This document shows, piece by piece, positions 1 through 14,368 of a stretch of 64,000 nt of DNA (its first letter is position 1; each line of letters opens with the position of its first letter). Below the pieces are notes generated by a model, which saw only the letters and a program-made list of their open reading frames with translations, was not told where the DNA came from and did no database searches. Location of the stretch: assembly GCA_951406725.2 (NCBI GenBank), contig OX597821.1:50592001-50656000 (forward strand), read 5' to 3'. Made by a program: the position numbers and the translations under genes. This DNA comes from Octopus vulgaris (Eukaryota).

Positions 1-930
1 TAGAACAGCAACGAACCATGATAAAACGATGGCAAGAAAAGCCCCTTCATCGTAAATACTGGACTAAACTAAACGCAAAAGAAATAGACAAAGAAAAATC
101 CCAGCAATGGCTGAGAAGCTCAGGACTCAAAGCAGAAACAGAGGGATTTTTAATTGCAGCACAAGACCAAAGCCTCCCCACCAGAAATTACCAAAAACAT
201 GTAATGAAAAGAAATATTACAAGTAACTGCAGAATATGTGGAGATGGACAAGAAACAATAAATCATATTATCTCTAGCTGCCCAGTCCTGGCTAAGAAGG
301 AATATATTCACAGACATGACAGAGTTGGAACCTACATACATTGGAAGCTATGCCAACATTATGGAATAACAACAGAAAAAAGATGGTATAGGCACACACC
401 AGAAAAGGTCACAGAAAACGAGAAAGCAACCATACTCTGGGATATGCCGATACACACAGATAGAGAAATTAAGGCCAACAGACCAGATATAGTTGTCAGA
501 GATCATGAAGAAAAAAAAATGCTTTCTAATTGATGTATCAATACCGGCAGATGACAACGTGTCTCTAAAAGAAATGGAGAAACTCTCAAAATACAAAGAC
601 CTGGAAATAGAGGTAACTAGAATGTGGAATCTGAAAACAGAAACAATTCCTATCATAGTAGGTGCATTAGGCATGATAAAAAAATATTCAAACAAATACA
701 TAACAAAAACACCAGGACTTACAAACACATATAACATACAGAAAATTGCACTACTAGGCACTGCACACATCCTACGCAGAACACTTTCCATACAATAACC
801 ATCAGAGTATCACAACAAATCACAGCACATACCCAAGGCACACAGAGCTGCGCTCGGTAGTGAAGTGAAAGCACGCTATAAAAATAAAACTACTGAATAA
901 TAATAATAATATTAATAATAATAATAATAA
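1..930 (+). mobile_element. R4/Dong-like RLE non-LTR retrotransposon 3' end (CCHC zinc finger + restriction-like endonuclease), frameshifted, with 3' UTR and (TAA)n tail
   Basis: ORFs 18..533 and 493..798 give CRICGDGQETINHIISSC, RHD, RPDIVV, LIDVSIP, K..KYKDL and IIVGALG motifs; frameshift near the A-run 511-519; ends in (TAA)n at ~897-930; continues beyond window start. Confidence 0.85.
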
Positions 931-1050
931 TGAAAAAAAGGATCTTAGTTTAGAGATAGTAAAAGAAAAAATAGCCATTTGCTCTACATGGATGATTTGA
1001 AGCTTTTTAGTTAGAATAAAAATGAAATAGATTCATTGATACAAAGTGTG
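931..1050 (+). pseudogene. Short reverse transcriptase fragment (R4/Dong-type YMDD region)
   Basis: Manual translation from 973: SHLLYMDDLKLFS*NKNEIDSLIQSV; YMDD at 985-996. Confidence 0.7.
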
Positions 1051-1167
1051 TGCCTGAACAGGCACGGACACTCTTCGCATCCAGCAGGATGAAGAGGTTC
1101 AGTTACTCGCTACTGATTAACTTCTCGGATACGAGTTAATGCCGACGACGATATATATACGATATGT

Positions 1168-1505
1168 GAAAGCGCATGGCTCAGTGGTTAGTGCGTCGGA
1201 TTCACAACTATGAGGCAGTGAGTTCGATTTCCGGAGCGGACTATGTGTTGTGTCCTTGAGCAAGACACTTTATTTCACTTTGCTCCAGTCCATTCGGTTG
1301 TAGAAATGAGTTGCGGCGTCACTGGTGCGAAGCTGCATCGGTCTTTGGTTTTTCCATTGAATAGCATCGATGGCGTTAAGAGGGGAGGCTGGCGTGCATG
1401 GGTGACTGCTGGTCTTTTATAAACAACCTTGCCCGTAATTGTACCTCGGAGGGTAACTTTCTAGGTGCAAACCCATGGTCGTCTATGACCGAAGGGGTTT
1501 TTTTT
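1168..1505 (+). mobile_element. tRNA-derived SINE (family A)
   Basis: A-box-like tggctcagtggtt, B-box-like gttcgatttcc, core ccttgagcaagacactt; homologous to the reverse copy at 3098-3408. Confidence 0.8.
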
Positions 1506-1614
1506 ACCACCTTCTCCCCCCTCTCTCTCTCTCTATATATATATATGTTGATTCGCTAGCCTCTGCACGCATTTTTTTCTCTCCTTGTTTCTTTCTGTGT
1601 TTCTTTTCTGTGTA

Positions 1615-1652
1615 TCTTTCTGTTGAAGAGCGTAGGCTCGAAACGTAAAAGA
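1615..1652 (+). ncRNA. Minimal type I hammerhead-like motif (core A6U) in a ~200-nt repeat at ~1545-1750
   Basis: tcttt CTGTTGA a gagc-gtag-gctc GAAA cg TA aaaga. Confidence 0.55.
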
Positions 1653-1777
1653 CTTGTTTTATTTATATTCCTGAGCGCCATACTAATACAATTGTTTGTT
1701 TGTATTCCACCTGCCTTCGTCTTTTGTTTATTTTCATAAAGCTTCCCGTTATATATATCTATATATCTATATATCTA

Positions 1778-1868
<91 letters not shown>

Positions 1869-1869
1869 A

Positions 1870-1910
<41 letters not shown>

Positions 1911-2145
1911 TTATATATGATTTTATATATTTTTTAAAGCTATTTTTTTTATTTCTCTTAATTTCTTCCTCATTTTATACCTTCCTGTTTTTTCTTGTTC
2001 ACATTAAGGATGGTCAACCCTCCTGAACTTTTGTCAAGAACCTTAATTTATAAGAAATATATTAGACACCTTATCATTATTTTTAATGAGCAACTAAGCT
2101 AATTTTATCTGGTCACCGGCTTCCATGCATTATATTTATAAAGAA

Positions 2146-2818
2146 CGAGCAGTATCGCCCGGCGTTGCTCGGGTTTGTAAGGGAAATAACTATATAAGCA
2201 TTTTTAGAGAGTTATAGCAAAAAAATTAGCAAAAAATGCATTAAAAATGGAATAAAAAAAGGTTGGTAATTTTTTTTTTAATCGTTGACTCATCGTAGAC
2301 ATTTTTAGAGAGTTACTTCCCTTATATAATAGCGAAAAATGCATTAAAATGGAAAAAATGATGGTAAATTTTTTTAAAAATCGTAGACTCATCGTAGACG
2401 CTTTCTTAGTCATTTCTGTTTTGGTGTCTTCAAGCCATGAAGTCGTTGTTCTAAAAGAACGCTGGTCTCCTTGACAACGCTTTACGACATTGATTTCCTT
2501 ACACTCCCTTCCCCACAGCTTCACGAGGGAGGGAAGAAGGGGGAGAAGCAACACAGGTGCAGGTGTGACCATGGACGCCAACTCCGCCGCCATCGACACA
2601 CGAAAAAATATGCGTTAAAATGGAAAAAAATGATGTTAAATTATTTTTAAAATCATAGACTCATCGTAGACAGGCGCTAATACCCAGACGGGCTCGATAG
2701 GAATCACGACTATAAGATACCCGAATTTGGTTAAACTGCACCGCAAAATGTGGGAGTAGTTAGGAATCTAAATCGTAGGAGACAGACACTCACACAACTA
2801 CAGTTTTATATATATAGA
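2146..2818 (-). mobile_element. Non-autonomous Helitron
   Basis: Minus strand starts A|TCTATATATATAAAA and ends with hairpin cccg-agcaacg-ccggg, a short spacer and CTCG|T (one mismatch to CTAG); A/T flanks, no TSD; internal subrepeats (gactcatcgtagac x3). Confidence 0.7.
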
Positions 2819-3097
2819 TTTTGTGTGTATACTTGGAGTTGGATTTCTGGTGTAACCAGGATGTTCTGATGATCAGCTGAGCTAACTTTCTTTATTTGTA
2901 GTGATATGTGAATATACAATTGTATTGTGTAATTCGTAACATGCATATTAATGCAAACATATAAACATAATCTACTTCACTCTGAAATTATCATACATGA
3001 AGAAGGTTGCAAAACGGCCGTAATCCTAAAATTGTCAAGTAGTTAAATAAACATATACATCTTTCATACCTCCTGAATTTGTATGGTATATGAGCAG

Positions 3098-3408
3098 GAG
3101 ACCCCCTTCGGTCATGAATGATCATGGGATTGCACCTAGAAAGTTACCCTCCTAGGCACAAGTCTGAGCAAGGTTGTTTATGGAAGGCCAGCAGTCGCCC
3201 ATGCATACCAGCCTCCCCTATCCACGCCACCAGTGTTATTCAAGGGAAAGGCAAAGGCCGATACAGTTTGGCACCTGTGACGTCGCAACTCATTTCTACA
3301 GCTGAGTTAACTGGAGCAACGTGAAATTAAGTGTCTTGCTCAAGAACACAACACGCAGCCCGGTCCGGGAATCGAACTCACAACCTCACGATCGTAAGCT
3401 CCACGCTT
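3098..3408 (-). mobile_element. tRNA-derived SINE (family A), 5'-truncated
   Basis: Reverse complement matches 1168-1505. Confidence 0.8.
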
Positions 3409-3567
3409 ATGGTATATATATATATATGTATGTGTGTGTGTTTGTGTGTGTATGTGTATGTGTGTGTATATGTGTGAGTGTGTGTGGGGGTGAGGATGTG
3501 TTTGTGTGTATGTGTGTGTATATGAATGTATGTATGTGTATGTGTGTGTGGTATATATATGTATATG

Positions 3568-3627
<60 letters not shown>

Positions 3628-3628
<1 letters not shown>

Positions 3629-3783
3629 GACGGGCTTCTACACAGTTTCTCTCTACCATACTCACTCACAAGGTATTAGTTGGCCCGGGGCTTGTGCTGA
3701 AGACACTTGGCCAACGTGCTCTTCAATGAGACCGAAATCAAAACCTGTGGTTGCGAAGCGACTTCATTTACTACACAGCCGTG
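3628..3783 (-). mobile_element. Diverged SINE 5' half (family C-like)
   Basis: gacgggcttct...gaagacacttggcc matches the reverse of the family C body. Confidence 0.55.
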
Positions 3784-3813
3784 TAAATGCTAATGTTTTC
3801 ATGTATGTACATA

Positions 3814-4907
3814 TATCAGGTTTGGTCAAAAGTTTTTCGGATTGCTTATTCGTTATTTTATAGTTTTGATAAGATAATAAGTAGTGAAAAAAATTGCAAT
3901 TGGAGCTATTTCACGCTACTTGTAGATAAAAGAACTGTAGATAAAAGAACGTGTGATGCAAAACTGGTTCAGACGTTTCAAGGAAGATAACACCAACCTC
4001 GAAGAAAACATTAAGGTCAGGGGACCTTCTGTTGTGGAGGATGAGGCCTAGCTTGAAATGGTTGAACAACAGTCAAGCACAAGCACTCATACATTGTCTG
4101 CAGATCTTCGTCTTTCACAAAGTGCTATCAATCGACACCTCTGTAAGCTCCCGACTTGTGAACAGACGCTACTCATGAGTTGATCAATGACAAGGGTCTC
4201 AACGACATTTGAACATTTGCAAACAACTGCTGGAATAATCTTCGAGATCCCCATTTTTGGCGTCGACTTGTAACCTGAGATGAAAAATTGATCTATTTTC
4301 GTAAACCTAATACAAGAAGTCAGTGGCTTCGTTCCGACCAGACTTCAGAATCTGTTGTCAAACAACGATGGTTTGAACAGAATGTCATGTATGTTCGGTA
4401 GAATTTCGAGGGAGTGTTGCACTTGAGGCTTGTCTCAGATGGTGATGCTGTGAACGCTAACCTTTATACTCAACAACTACAGCTAGTATATGATGCTTTT
4501 AAAGCCCGCTACCCGGCATTGGTCAATCGAAGACGCACACTTCTACAGCATGACAATGTCCCAGCACATACTAGCAATGTGACTAAGCGCAAACTCGAGG
4601 AACTTGGGAGGCTGGAAGCGCTGCTTTACTCTGCTTACAGTTCAAACCTTGCACTCTCAGATTACTACCTTTTCCCAGCTATTGCTCATTTTCTGCACTT
4701 ATGAAGTTGAAAATGGGTGCAGGGAGCTTTTTACCTCTATACCAGCGAATGGTATAAGCGCGGAATTGAGCTTCTGACACAGCGATGGCAACAGACATTA
4801 GAATATGATGGGGTATATTTTGATGCACAAAAGCATTTCTTATGTAATTTGTTAGAACTATTAATTAAATTTTGAAATAAGAAAACAACTTTTGACTCAA
4901 CAGGATA
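3814..4907 (+). mobile_element. Decayed mariner transposon
   Basis: ORF 4414..4704 has LQHDNVPAH and YSSNLALSDYYLF; imperfect TIRs tatcaggtttggtcaaaagtt / aacttttgactcaacaggata; many stops. Confidence 0.85.
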
Positions 4908-5000
4908 ATATGAGACGAGAAATTGAAACGAAGGGGAATGAATAAAGTGAAAGGGAATGATAATTATTAATAACCGGCATTATGTACACACCTACACAGT

Positions 5001-5247
5001 GGAGGCGCGTGGCTTAGTGGTTAGGGTGTCAGCATCATGATCATAAGATTGCGGTTTCGATTTCTGAACCGCGCGGCGCGTTGTGTTCTTGAGCAAAACA
5101 CTTCATTTCACGTTGCTCCAGTTCACTCAGCTGGCAAAAATGAGTAACGCTGCGATGGACCGGCGTCCCGTCCAGCTGGGGGACACATACGCCATTGAAA
5201 CCGGAAAACCGGGCCCACGAGCCTGGCTAGGCTTTAAAAGGGCGCAT
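5001..5247 (+). mobile_element. tRNA-derived SINE (family B, gcgatggaccggcgtcccgtccag segment)
   Basis: A/B boxes; homologous to 14588-14896 and 48577-48830. Confidence 0.8.
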
Positions 5248-5263
5248 TTATTTTGTTTTTTTA

Positions 5264-5668
5264 GTATACCTCCACAAGTGTGCATTCCTCTGCGAATTTC
5301 TTTCTTCATAAATTTCAGACAAATGGATACTTTTTAATGAAATTTTTCAATGAATTTTCAGATTATGTCTATTACGATTAAATCGAATTTAACGTGCACT
5401 CCAACCCCCAGAAAATGGTCGGCGTGCACACATCCATACTTACATCACAGGTATGTCTTCTAAATGTAAGCTGAAGTTATGGAAAACGTTATGTGATGTG
5501 CGTGAGTATATATGTGTACATAATCCAGTTTTATTTTTTACGTAAAAGAACCACATATTTGTAACCTACACAACATGAAAGGTACTTTTAGAAAATTTCA
5601 TGAAAAATACCCACTTCTCTATAAGTTATGACGAAACAAATTCGGCGGGCACATTTGTGTAGGTATAC
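5264..5668. mobile_element. MITE with long imperfect TIRs
   Basis: gtatacctccacaagtgtgc...atgaaatttttc versus gaaaatttcat...gcacatttgtgtaggtatac. Confidence 0.6.
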
Positions 5669-5911
5669 CTAATTCTATAGCAGGGAATTGACTTCTCATG
5701 AAACTCTATGTAACATATATTGTGTTTCCTGTATAATGTTATATTGTTAGGAACTACGGAATGAAGAATGTGGTTCGGTTGTAATAGTTTTGGAAGTTGC
5801 TTTATTTTTCATTTTGTTTGACATTATATGTGAATGAAACGAAAGATCGTCTTACACGTACATATATACATGAGCGCGCGGTATACGTACATACATACGT
5901 ACGTACGTAGA

Positions 5912-5948
<37 letters not shown>

Positions 5949-6106
5949 ATTTATCTACATCTACATGTGCTCATGTATACATCCATCCATCCATCCATAA
6001 ATACACACGCACACACTCACACACACACACGTACATACACACACACACACGTAAAACAACAGCAGAATCAGGTAGTAAAAAGCAGTAGATGTGTGTAAGC
6101 GTGTGC

Positions 6107-6171
<65 letters not shown>

Positions 6172-6514
6172 TGATTATGTGAAAGAAAGACAGAGTAGGA
6201 AGAGAATGATAGTCACATAGCCAGAAATGTCTCTTTTCAATGTGTTTGCACAAAGGGTTGCAGTGAAAGTGTGTGAGAAAGAGGGAGAAAAAGAGATATG
6301 ATGAAAAGGGCGATAGAAGACAGGAAAAGAGAAAAGGAGGGAGAGAGAGAGAGAGCGAAGGAGAGAGGGAAAGAAAGAGGGAGAGGAAGAGAAGATGTGA
6401 ATCAGTCAGTAAGTACCTTAAACTGATTTTGTTGATGATTTCATTATGTAACAGTTGTACTGAATGCGCGACATGTATAAGTCTGTGTGTTTGTGTGAGC
6501 ATATGAGAAAGAGA

Positions 6515-6566
<52 letters not shown>

Positions 6567-6676
6567 AAGAGACAGAGAGTGAGAGAGAGAGAGAGAGAGA
6601 GCGAGAAAGAGAGAGAAACAAAGGGAGACCGTGGAGAGAGGACAGCAAATGTAATAAGAATGGCGAACGCTACGAT

Positions 6677-6759
<83 letters not shown>

Positions 6760-6762
6760 CTC

Positions 6763-6874
<112 letters not shown>

Positions 6875-6923
6875 CTATCTATATATATATATATATATAT
6901 CTTTCTCTCTCACTCTCTCTCTT

Positions 6924-7019
<96 letters not shown>

Positions 7020-7258
7020 AACTAAATTTCAGAGTAGTCGTGTATGAACTTGAGCATTTGTAAAGCAAACATACACACACACACACACATTTTCATAGCG
7101 TTTTACTACTGTCGGTAGCCTACATGAGGTTTTAGTAGATCACATAGCCACCCCATAGCTTATTTCAGTGTATAATTCATCGGCCTACATTTCACCAATT
7201 GCCTTAGTTACACTTTTCACTCAATAGCGGTCTTTCAAACAGTAGTGTGGCGCTCAAT

Positions 7259-7415
<157 letters not shown>

Positions 7416-7492
7416 GAGAAAGACCAAAACAACAGCAACAATAATTCACGCATACTTGTTTAAGTATATATTTGTTGTAAACATATTGTACG

Positions 7493-7703
<211 letters not shown>

Positions 7704-7899
7704 ATATATTTATATATATATATATTCCTTTTATTCTTTGTATATACACGTATGTACGTATTTATATCTATATCTCTATATACACACATTTATATAGGTT
7801 TATATAAGTGCTTGGATGCATATATACATATATATATGTATATATGTACACATATATATATAGATATGTATATATATATATGTGTATGTGTAAGCATGA

Positions 7900-7937
<38 letters not shown>

Positions 7938-7979
7938 CACATACACAGGTGTGTATATATATACATATATACATTCAAA

Positions 7980-8049
<70 letters not shown>

Positions 8050-8050
<1 letters not shown>

Positions 8051-8299
8051 GCAGGAGTGGCTGTGTGGCAAGTAGCTTGTTTACCAACCACATGGTTTCG
8101 GGTTCAGTACCACTGCGTGGCACCTTGGGCAAGTGTCTTCTACTATAGCCTCGGGCTTAGCGGTTCGGCAAAAGAGACCGATAGAATAAGTACTGGGCTT
8201 ACAAAAGAATAAGTCCCGGGGTCGAGTTGCTCGATTAAAGGCGGTGCACCAGCATGGCCGCAGTCAAATGACTGAAACAAGTAAAAGAGTAAAAAGCAA
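8050..8299 (+). mobile_element. SINE family C with internal deletion
   Basis: Head as at 10140; jumps from gcctcggg to cttagcggttcggc; tail intact. Confidence 0.85.
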
Positions 8300-8302
8300 A
8301 GA

Positions 8303-8429
<127 letters not shown>

Positions 8430-8823
8430 CATATATATGTGTGTATATACATACACACACATGTATGTATGTGTGTATGATTCTGTATAGTTTTCGTCAA
8501 ACCAAAAATTCCACTCAGAAAGGTGTTTGGCAAAATGGGGTCTATTCTTGGCCCCGTCTACCCTACTCAAGGATTAAGTACTCTCTGAACCATGTGAGTC
8601 AGAAGTGCTGTTATGCACGTGTGCTGAATTGTGTGTTTCTGTGCATACATATATACAAACACACGCGGGCACATGTACACGCCTGTTTAGTATTGACTAT
8701 TACTAAAAAAAAAAAAAGAAAAAAGAAGAAAAACACGAGTCGTAACTTGTCTCAAGATCCTGTATACTCGCTAGCAAAAGACAGACTCGATCAAAATATG
8801 ATGTAAAAAGATAAAAGGTAATA

Positions 8824-8943
8824 TAGTGGTTTTCCAAAGTGGATAATTGGGAAGACAGAGGGTGAGGTGTGTGGAGTGATGGCGCTAGGAATGTGGCCCG
8901 GGTGCCAAGGGGGCGGCAGCCGGAAAAAGTTTGGGAAGTACTG
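8824..8943. mobile_element. Small hAT-like MITE
   Basis: Termini tagtggttttccaaagt / agtttgggaagtactg resemble CAGTGGTTCCCAAA-type hAT TIRs; no exact 8-bp TSD. Confidence 0.45.
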
Positions 8944-9160
8944 AGTAATATATATGATGTAATATAATATGAGATGATATATAATATAATATAATATAAT
9001 ATAATATAATATAATATAATATAATATATGAGTGAGTATATGCGTGCGCGTGCGCGCGTATATATATATATATATCCATATATATTTATATCTATCCATA
9101 TATATTTCACACACACAGGCACACACACGCATACTCACTCATACTCAGTATAGATGTATG

Positions 9161-9216
<56 letters not shown>

Positions 9217-9316
9217 TAATCCAAACAAGAAAGCACAAAAAAAAAAACACAACAACGCGAGGACGTGGAACGAATATAGTATTATTGGACGCTCAGGAAA
9301 GAAGGAAAGAAGGAGG

Positions 9317-9351
9317 GTTTAACGTTTCGAGCGGAGCTCTTCGTCGGAAAC
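9317..9351 (-). ncRNA. Minimal type I hammerhead-like motif (core U4C) in a ~220-nt repeat at ~9210-9430
   Basis: Minus strand: gttt CCGACGA a gagc-tcc-gctc GAAA cg TT aaac; identical motif at 46005-46039. Confidence 0.6.
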
Positions 9352-9448
9352 ATAGGTAGAAGAAGGAAAGATCCAGAGAAGGGAAGACAGAGGAAGAAAA
9401 CATCGCCAGCGGTACACACGCGGTGACGAGGTTGGTAACCTTTATTTG

Positions 9449-9502
<54 letters not shown>

Positions 9503-9896
9503 ATAAAGGTTACCAACCTAATTAAGAGGGATAGTAAATGAAAGTTACTTATTTATACAAAGAATGTTGAACATTACAATTAATAATCAATTGTAAGGTA
9601 ACTTATATAAACCGTAATTTATATATGTTTATTTAAATAAGACACGAACAAAGAGATAATCAATAAATCATTATTATCATCGTTTGTCAATTTTTAAATC
9701 ATAAATAATAATTCATTAATTACCCCTCTATTTTCCTATCTCATTTATATTTATACATACTTATTAAATGTCAATTTCTATCCGCCCATCTATATTTCAT
9801 GCACTCATACACACACACGCGCGCGCAAACACACACATGCTCACACACTCAACTAATATAATATATATGTGCGTGTGTGTGTACCCGTGCGTGTGC

Positions 9897-9980
<84 letters not shown>

Positions 9981-10139
9981 CTCTCTCTCTATATATATAT
10001 ATGCATGTATATATATATATATGCATGTATATATATATATATATATACAATCACACACCTATATATATGCATATACAAACAGACACATGCACACTCATAT
10101 TTATATACATACATTTATTTATATATATATATGTATATA

Positions 10140-10304
10140 GGCGCAGGAGTGGCTGTGTGGTAAGAAGCTTGTTTACCAACCACATGGTTCCGGGTTCAGT
10201 CCCACTGCATGGCACCTTGGGCAAGTGTCTTCTACTATAGCCTCGGGCCGACCAAAGCCTTGTGAGTGAATTTGGTAGACGGAAACTGAAAGAAGCCCGT
10301 CGTA

Positions 10305-10335
<31 letters not shown>

Positions 10336-10550
10336 GCGTGTGTGTGTCTGTGTTTGTCCCCCTAGTATTGCTTGACAACCGATGCTGGTGTGTTTATGTC
10401 CCCGTTACTTAGCGGTTCGGCAAAAGAGACCGATAGAATAAGTACTGGGCTTACAAAAGAATAAGTTCCGGGGTCGAGTTGCTCGATTAAAGGCGGTGCT
10501 CCAGCATGGCCGCAGTCAAATGACTGAAACAAGTAAAAGAGTAAAAAGAG
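10140..10550 (+). mobile_element. Full-length SINE family C with internal microsatellite
   Basis: tRNA-like head, ccttgggcaagtgtcttc core, internal (TA)n/(TG)n, tail ending (GTAAAAGA)n. Confidence 0.9.
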
Positions 10551-10563
10551 TATGTATGTGTGA

Positions 10564-10611
<48 letters not shown>

Positions 10612-10973
10612 CTATCTATCACACTCACACACAGACACACACACACATTCAAACCACCTCAAGTCTCAGTTTCACAATTTGTATTAGTGCACGAGTTCAC
10701 GTACAATTTTACAAATACGTACATTTAGACGCCGAACATATGGGTTGGGGGTTTGGCAAAATGGATACCAGTCGTATATATTGGTCGATTGAAAGAAAAT
10801 ATGTCACTCTTATAAAACATGTTTGCCTGTACATCAAATATTTTTATATCATTGTCTAGTAACAGTTTTATGTATTTCACATTATGCACGCATACAAACG
10901 TTCGCTCTGTGGCTATGTATGTATGTATGTATGTATGCATGCAAGTATGTATGTAAATATGTATGCATGTATG

Positions 10974-11005
<32 letters not shown>

Positions 11006-11061
11006 AATGTATGTATGTATGTATGCATGCATGTATGTATGTAAATATGTATTCATGTATG

Positions 11062-11095
<34 letters not shown>

Positions 11096-11317
11096 TGTAT
11101 GTATGTATGTATGTATGTATGTATGTATGTATGTATGTACGTACGTATGCATGTACGTATGCATGCATGTATGTATGCATGTATGTATCAATCTAGTTAG
11201 ATTGTATCATGTAGTTAGAACTACATGTGTTTATATATATGTGTATGCATATATATGTATGTGTAAATAGTTATATATATATATATATATTTTCATAGGG
11301 GCCCTCTCAGACATACC

Positions 11318-11794
11318 CTCAGCTGCTTAGATAGCCACCCTTACTTGCTATGCAGATGACACAAAAGTCCCTCAGACAATAGAAAATCCTGGAAACATTG
11401 CACATCTGCAACGGTAGTTGGATGCAATATACAGGTGGGCTGAGGACAACAACATGCAGTTTAATGCAGGAAAATTCCAAACCCTGCGCTACCAGCACAC
11501 AAAGCTGAACGACATGCAGACAGGATACACTGGGCCGGGGGGGGGATGCAATTCTTGAATCAATATCAGTGCGTGGCATGAGCAATGATGCATCTTTCCA
11601 AATGCATATTACCAATTTGGTAATAAAATGCAGATGGCTAGCTGGATAGCTCTATCGAACTTTCAAGAGAAAAGGAGATTTTGATAGTCTTTGGAGAATA
11701 TACGTTCTCAGCCGCTTGGACTATTGCTTCCAACTATGGACACAACACAATATAAAATTAACGGTGGAACTCGAAGACATACAACGAAGCTACA
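11318..11794 (+). mobile_element. CR1/L2-like LINE RT fragment
   Basis: tatgcagatgacacaaaa = YADDTK; homologous to the reverse LINE at ~58250-58650. Confidence 0.8.
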
Positions 11795-11796
11795 CT

Positions 11797-11990
11797 AAGT
11801 GGCTGCGTGGTAAGGAACTTGCTTCCCACATGGTTCCGGGTTCAGTCCCACTGCGTGGCACCTTCGGCAAGTGTCTTCTACTATAGCCTCGGGCCGATCA
11901 AAGCCTTGTGGGTGGATTTGGTAGACGGAAACTGATAGAAGCCTATCGTATATACACACACACATGCACACACATGCACACACACACACA

Positions 11991-12044
<54 letters not shown>

Positions 12045-12327
12045 TACACACACACACAAACACACACACACACACACACACGCGCGCGTGTGTGTATCTA
12101 CATGTGTGTGTGTCTGTACGTTTTCGTGTTTGTCCCTTACTGGTTGACAATCGGTGTCATGTTTACGTCCCCGTAACACAGCGATTCGATAAATGAGACC
12201 GATAGCATAAGTACTAGGCGTTAAAAAAAAAGATATGTCCAGGGGTCGATTCGTTTGGCTAAAATCCTTCAAGGTGGTGCTCTAGCATGACCACAGTCAA
12301 ATGACTGAAATAAATAAAAGATAAAAA
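11797..12327 (+). mobile_element. SINE family C directly following the LINE fragment
   Basis: Family C head, core and tail with internal (CA)n. Confidence 0.85.
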
Positions 12328-12356
12328 GATATATATATATATATATTTGTATACAT

Positions 12357-12421
<65 letters not shown>

Positions 12422-12471
12422 ATATATATATATATATATGCATATATATATATGTGTGTGTGTGCATGTAT

Positions 12472-12512
<41 letters not shown>

Positions 12513-12611
12513 CATACATGTGTATAGATATACGTGCATACACACATACCACTTTATTTATGTGTCTGTCTCTCTGTCTGTCTCTCCGTCCGTCCGTTCG
12601 TCTGTTCATCC

Positions 12612-12900
12612 ATTTCTCAAAACCAGAAAGGAGCAAGCTGATTCAAAGACTACAGATCCAAGCCATCACTGGAACTGTAGAAATCTGTAAAACTTTTCTG
12701 AAATTTATCATTTAAGTATATATGAGCACTTCTAGACATGCAATTATATGCATGAGAATATATATATATATATATGAAACAATATATACAAATCTGCACA
12801 TATGCATACATACATGCAAATATACTCTGTTGGTGTTTTTGAAATTCAAGAGAAGGTTTGAAACCGGCTCTTTCTCTATTGGAAAGGAGTCGAATAGTGA
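12612..12900 (+). mobile_element. RLE-type LINE extreme 3' end
   Basis: FSKPERSKLIQRLQIQAITGTVEICKTFLKFII* plus 3' UTR; homologous to the reverse copy at 24185-24628. Confidence 0.6.
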
Positions 12901-13161
12901 CATACATACATACATACTTATACATCTATTTGATAGATGTGAATGAGGAACTTGGAATGAATAAGAAAAGCCACTACGAGTATTGCGTTCTATTTCTAGC
13001 GATTGTAGATCCTCATATACGCGTGCGTATATATATATGTGTCTGGTGGTGGTGGTGGTGGTGGTGTGTGTGTGCGTGTATGTGTGTGTTGTGTGTGTCG
13101 AACTTGTTAAACCGGACTCACAATAAAAAACCGATGCGCAAATGAACCCACGCAAAACGTC

Positions 13162-13254
<93 letters not shown>

Positions 13255-13305
13255 ATGTATGTATATATATGTATGTGTAAATATATATGTATATATATAT
13301 ACATG

Positions 13306-13366
<61 letters not shown>

Positions 13367-13370
13367 AATA

Positions 13371-13603
13371 GGCGCAGGAGTGACTGTGTGGTAAGTAGCT
13401 TGTTTACCAACCACATGGTTCCGGGTTCAGTGCCACTGCGTGGCACCTTGGGTAAGTGTCTTCTACTGTAGCCTCGGGCCGACCAAAGCCTTGTAAGTGG
13501 ATTTGGTAGACGGAAACTGAAAGAAGCCCGTCGTGTGTATATGTACATGTAGAGGTAGGTACGTACATATATGTTTATATATATGCATATGTTCTATTTT
13601 ATT

Positions 13604-13647
<44 letters not shown>

Positions 13648-13862
13648 CGTGTGTGTGTTTGTGTGTCTGTGTTTGTCCCCCTAGCATTGCTTGACAACCG
13701 ATGCTGGTGTGCTTATGTCCCCGTTACTTAGCGGTTCGGCAAGAGAGACCGATAAGTACTGGGCTTACAAAAGAATAAGTCCCGTGGTCGAGTTGCTCGA
13801 CTAAAGGCGGTGCTCCAGCATGGCCGCAGTCAAATGACTGAAACAAGTAAAAGAGTAAAGAG
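13371..13862 (+). mobile_element. Full-length SINE family C
   Basis: Near-identical to 10140-10550. Confidence 0.9.
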
Positions 13863-14224
13863 TATATATATATATATATATATGTATACACAATGAGGTG
13901 CAACCATGTGTGTCTGTATATATAGATATATATATATCTATATATACACACACACACACGATTGCACCTCAAAATTGTCGTTAGTTATTGAAAATCACCG
14001 AAACGCAGCCAAATACAATCCACCCGCTAACAAAGTTAGGAGCACACACACACACATAGGAACATACCATACATACTTATACACAAAGAACTACTCGCGA
14101 TTAATACAGGAATGTACTGAAGTAGAATATAGAAATGATTGAGAAAACGTGGACACACCTAGGCAGGCATACATAAATATGTTTACTAAGACATACCTAT
14201 ACATACATTTACACGCAGAGACAT

Positions 14225-14286
<62 letters not shown>

Positions 14287-14368
14287 ACACAGATACACAC
14301 GCGCGCACAAAACTAAGAATTTATAGCTCATAACTTTGATACGTGTGTATGTAGGCATGTATGCACAA

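Noticed and set aside
1168-1240. tRNA gene calls at SINE heads (also 5001, 10140, 14588, 58737)
   Set aside because: A/B boxes are present but there is no complete cloverleaf, and each continues into a SINE body
9431-9519. 21-bp inverted repeat around (TA)n (ggttggtaacctttatttgaa / ttcaaataaaggttaccaacc)
   Set aside because: Too short to define an element; probably a junction by-product of the adjacent HHR repeat
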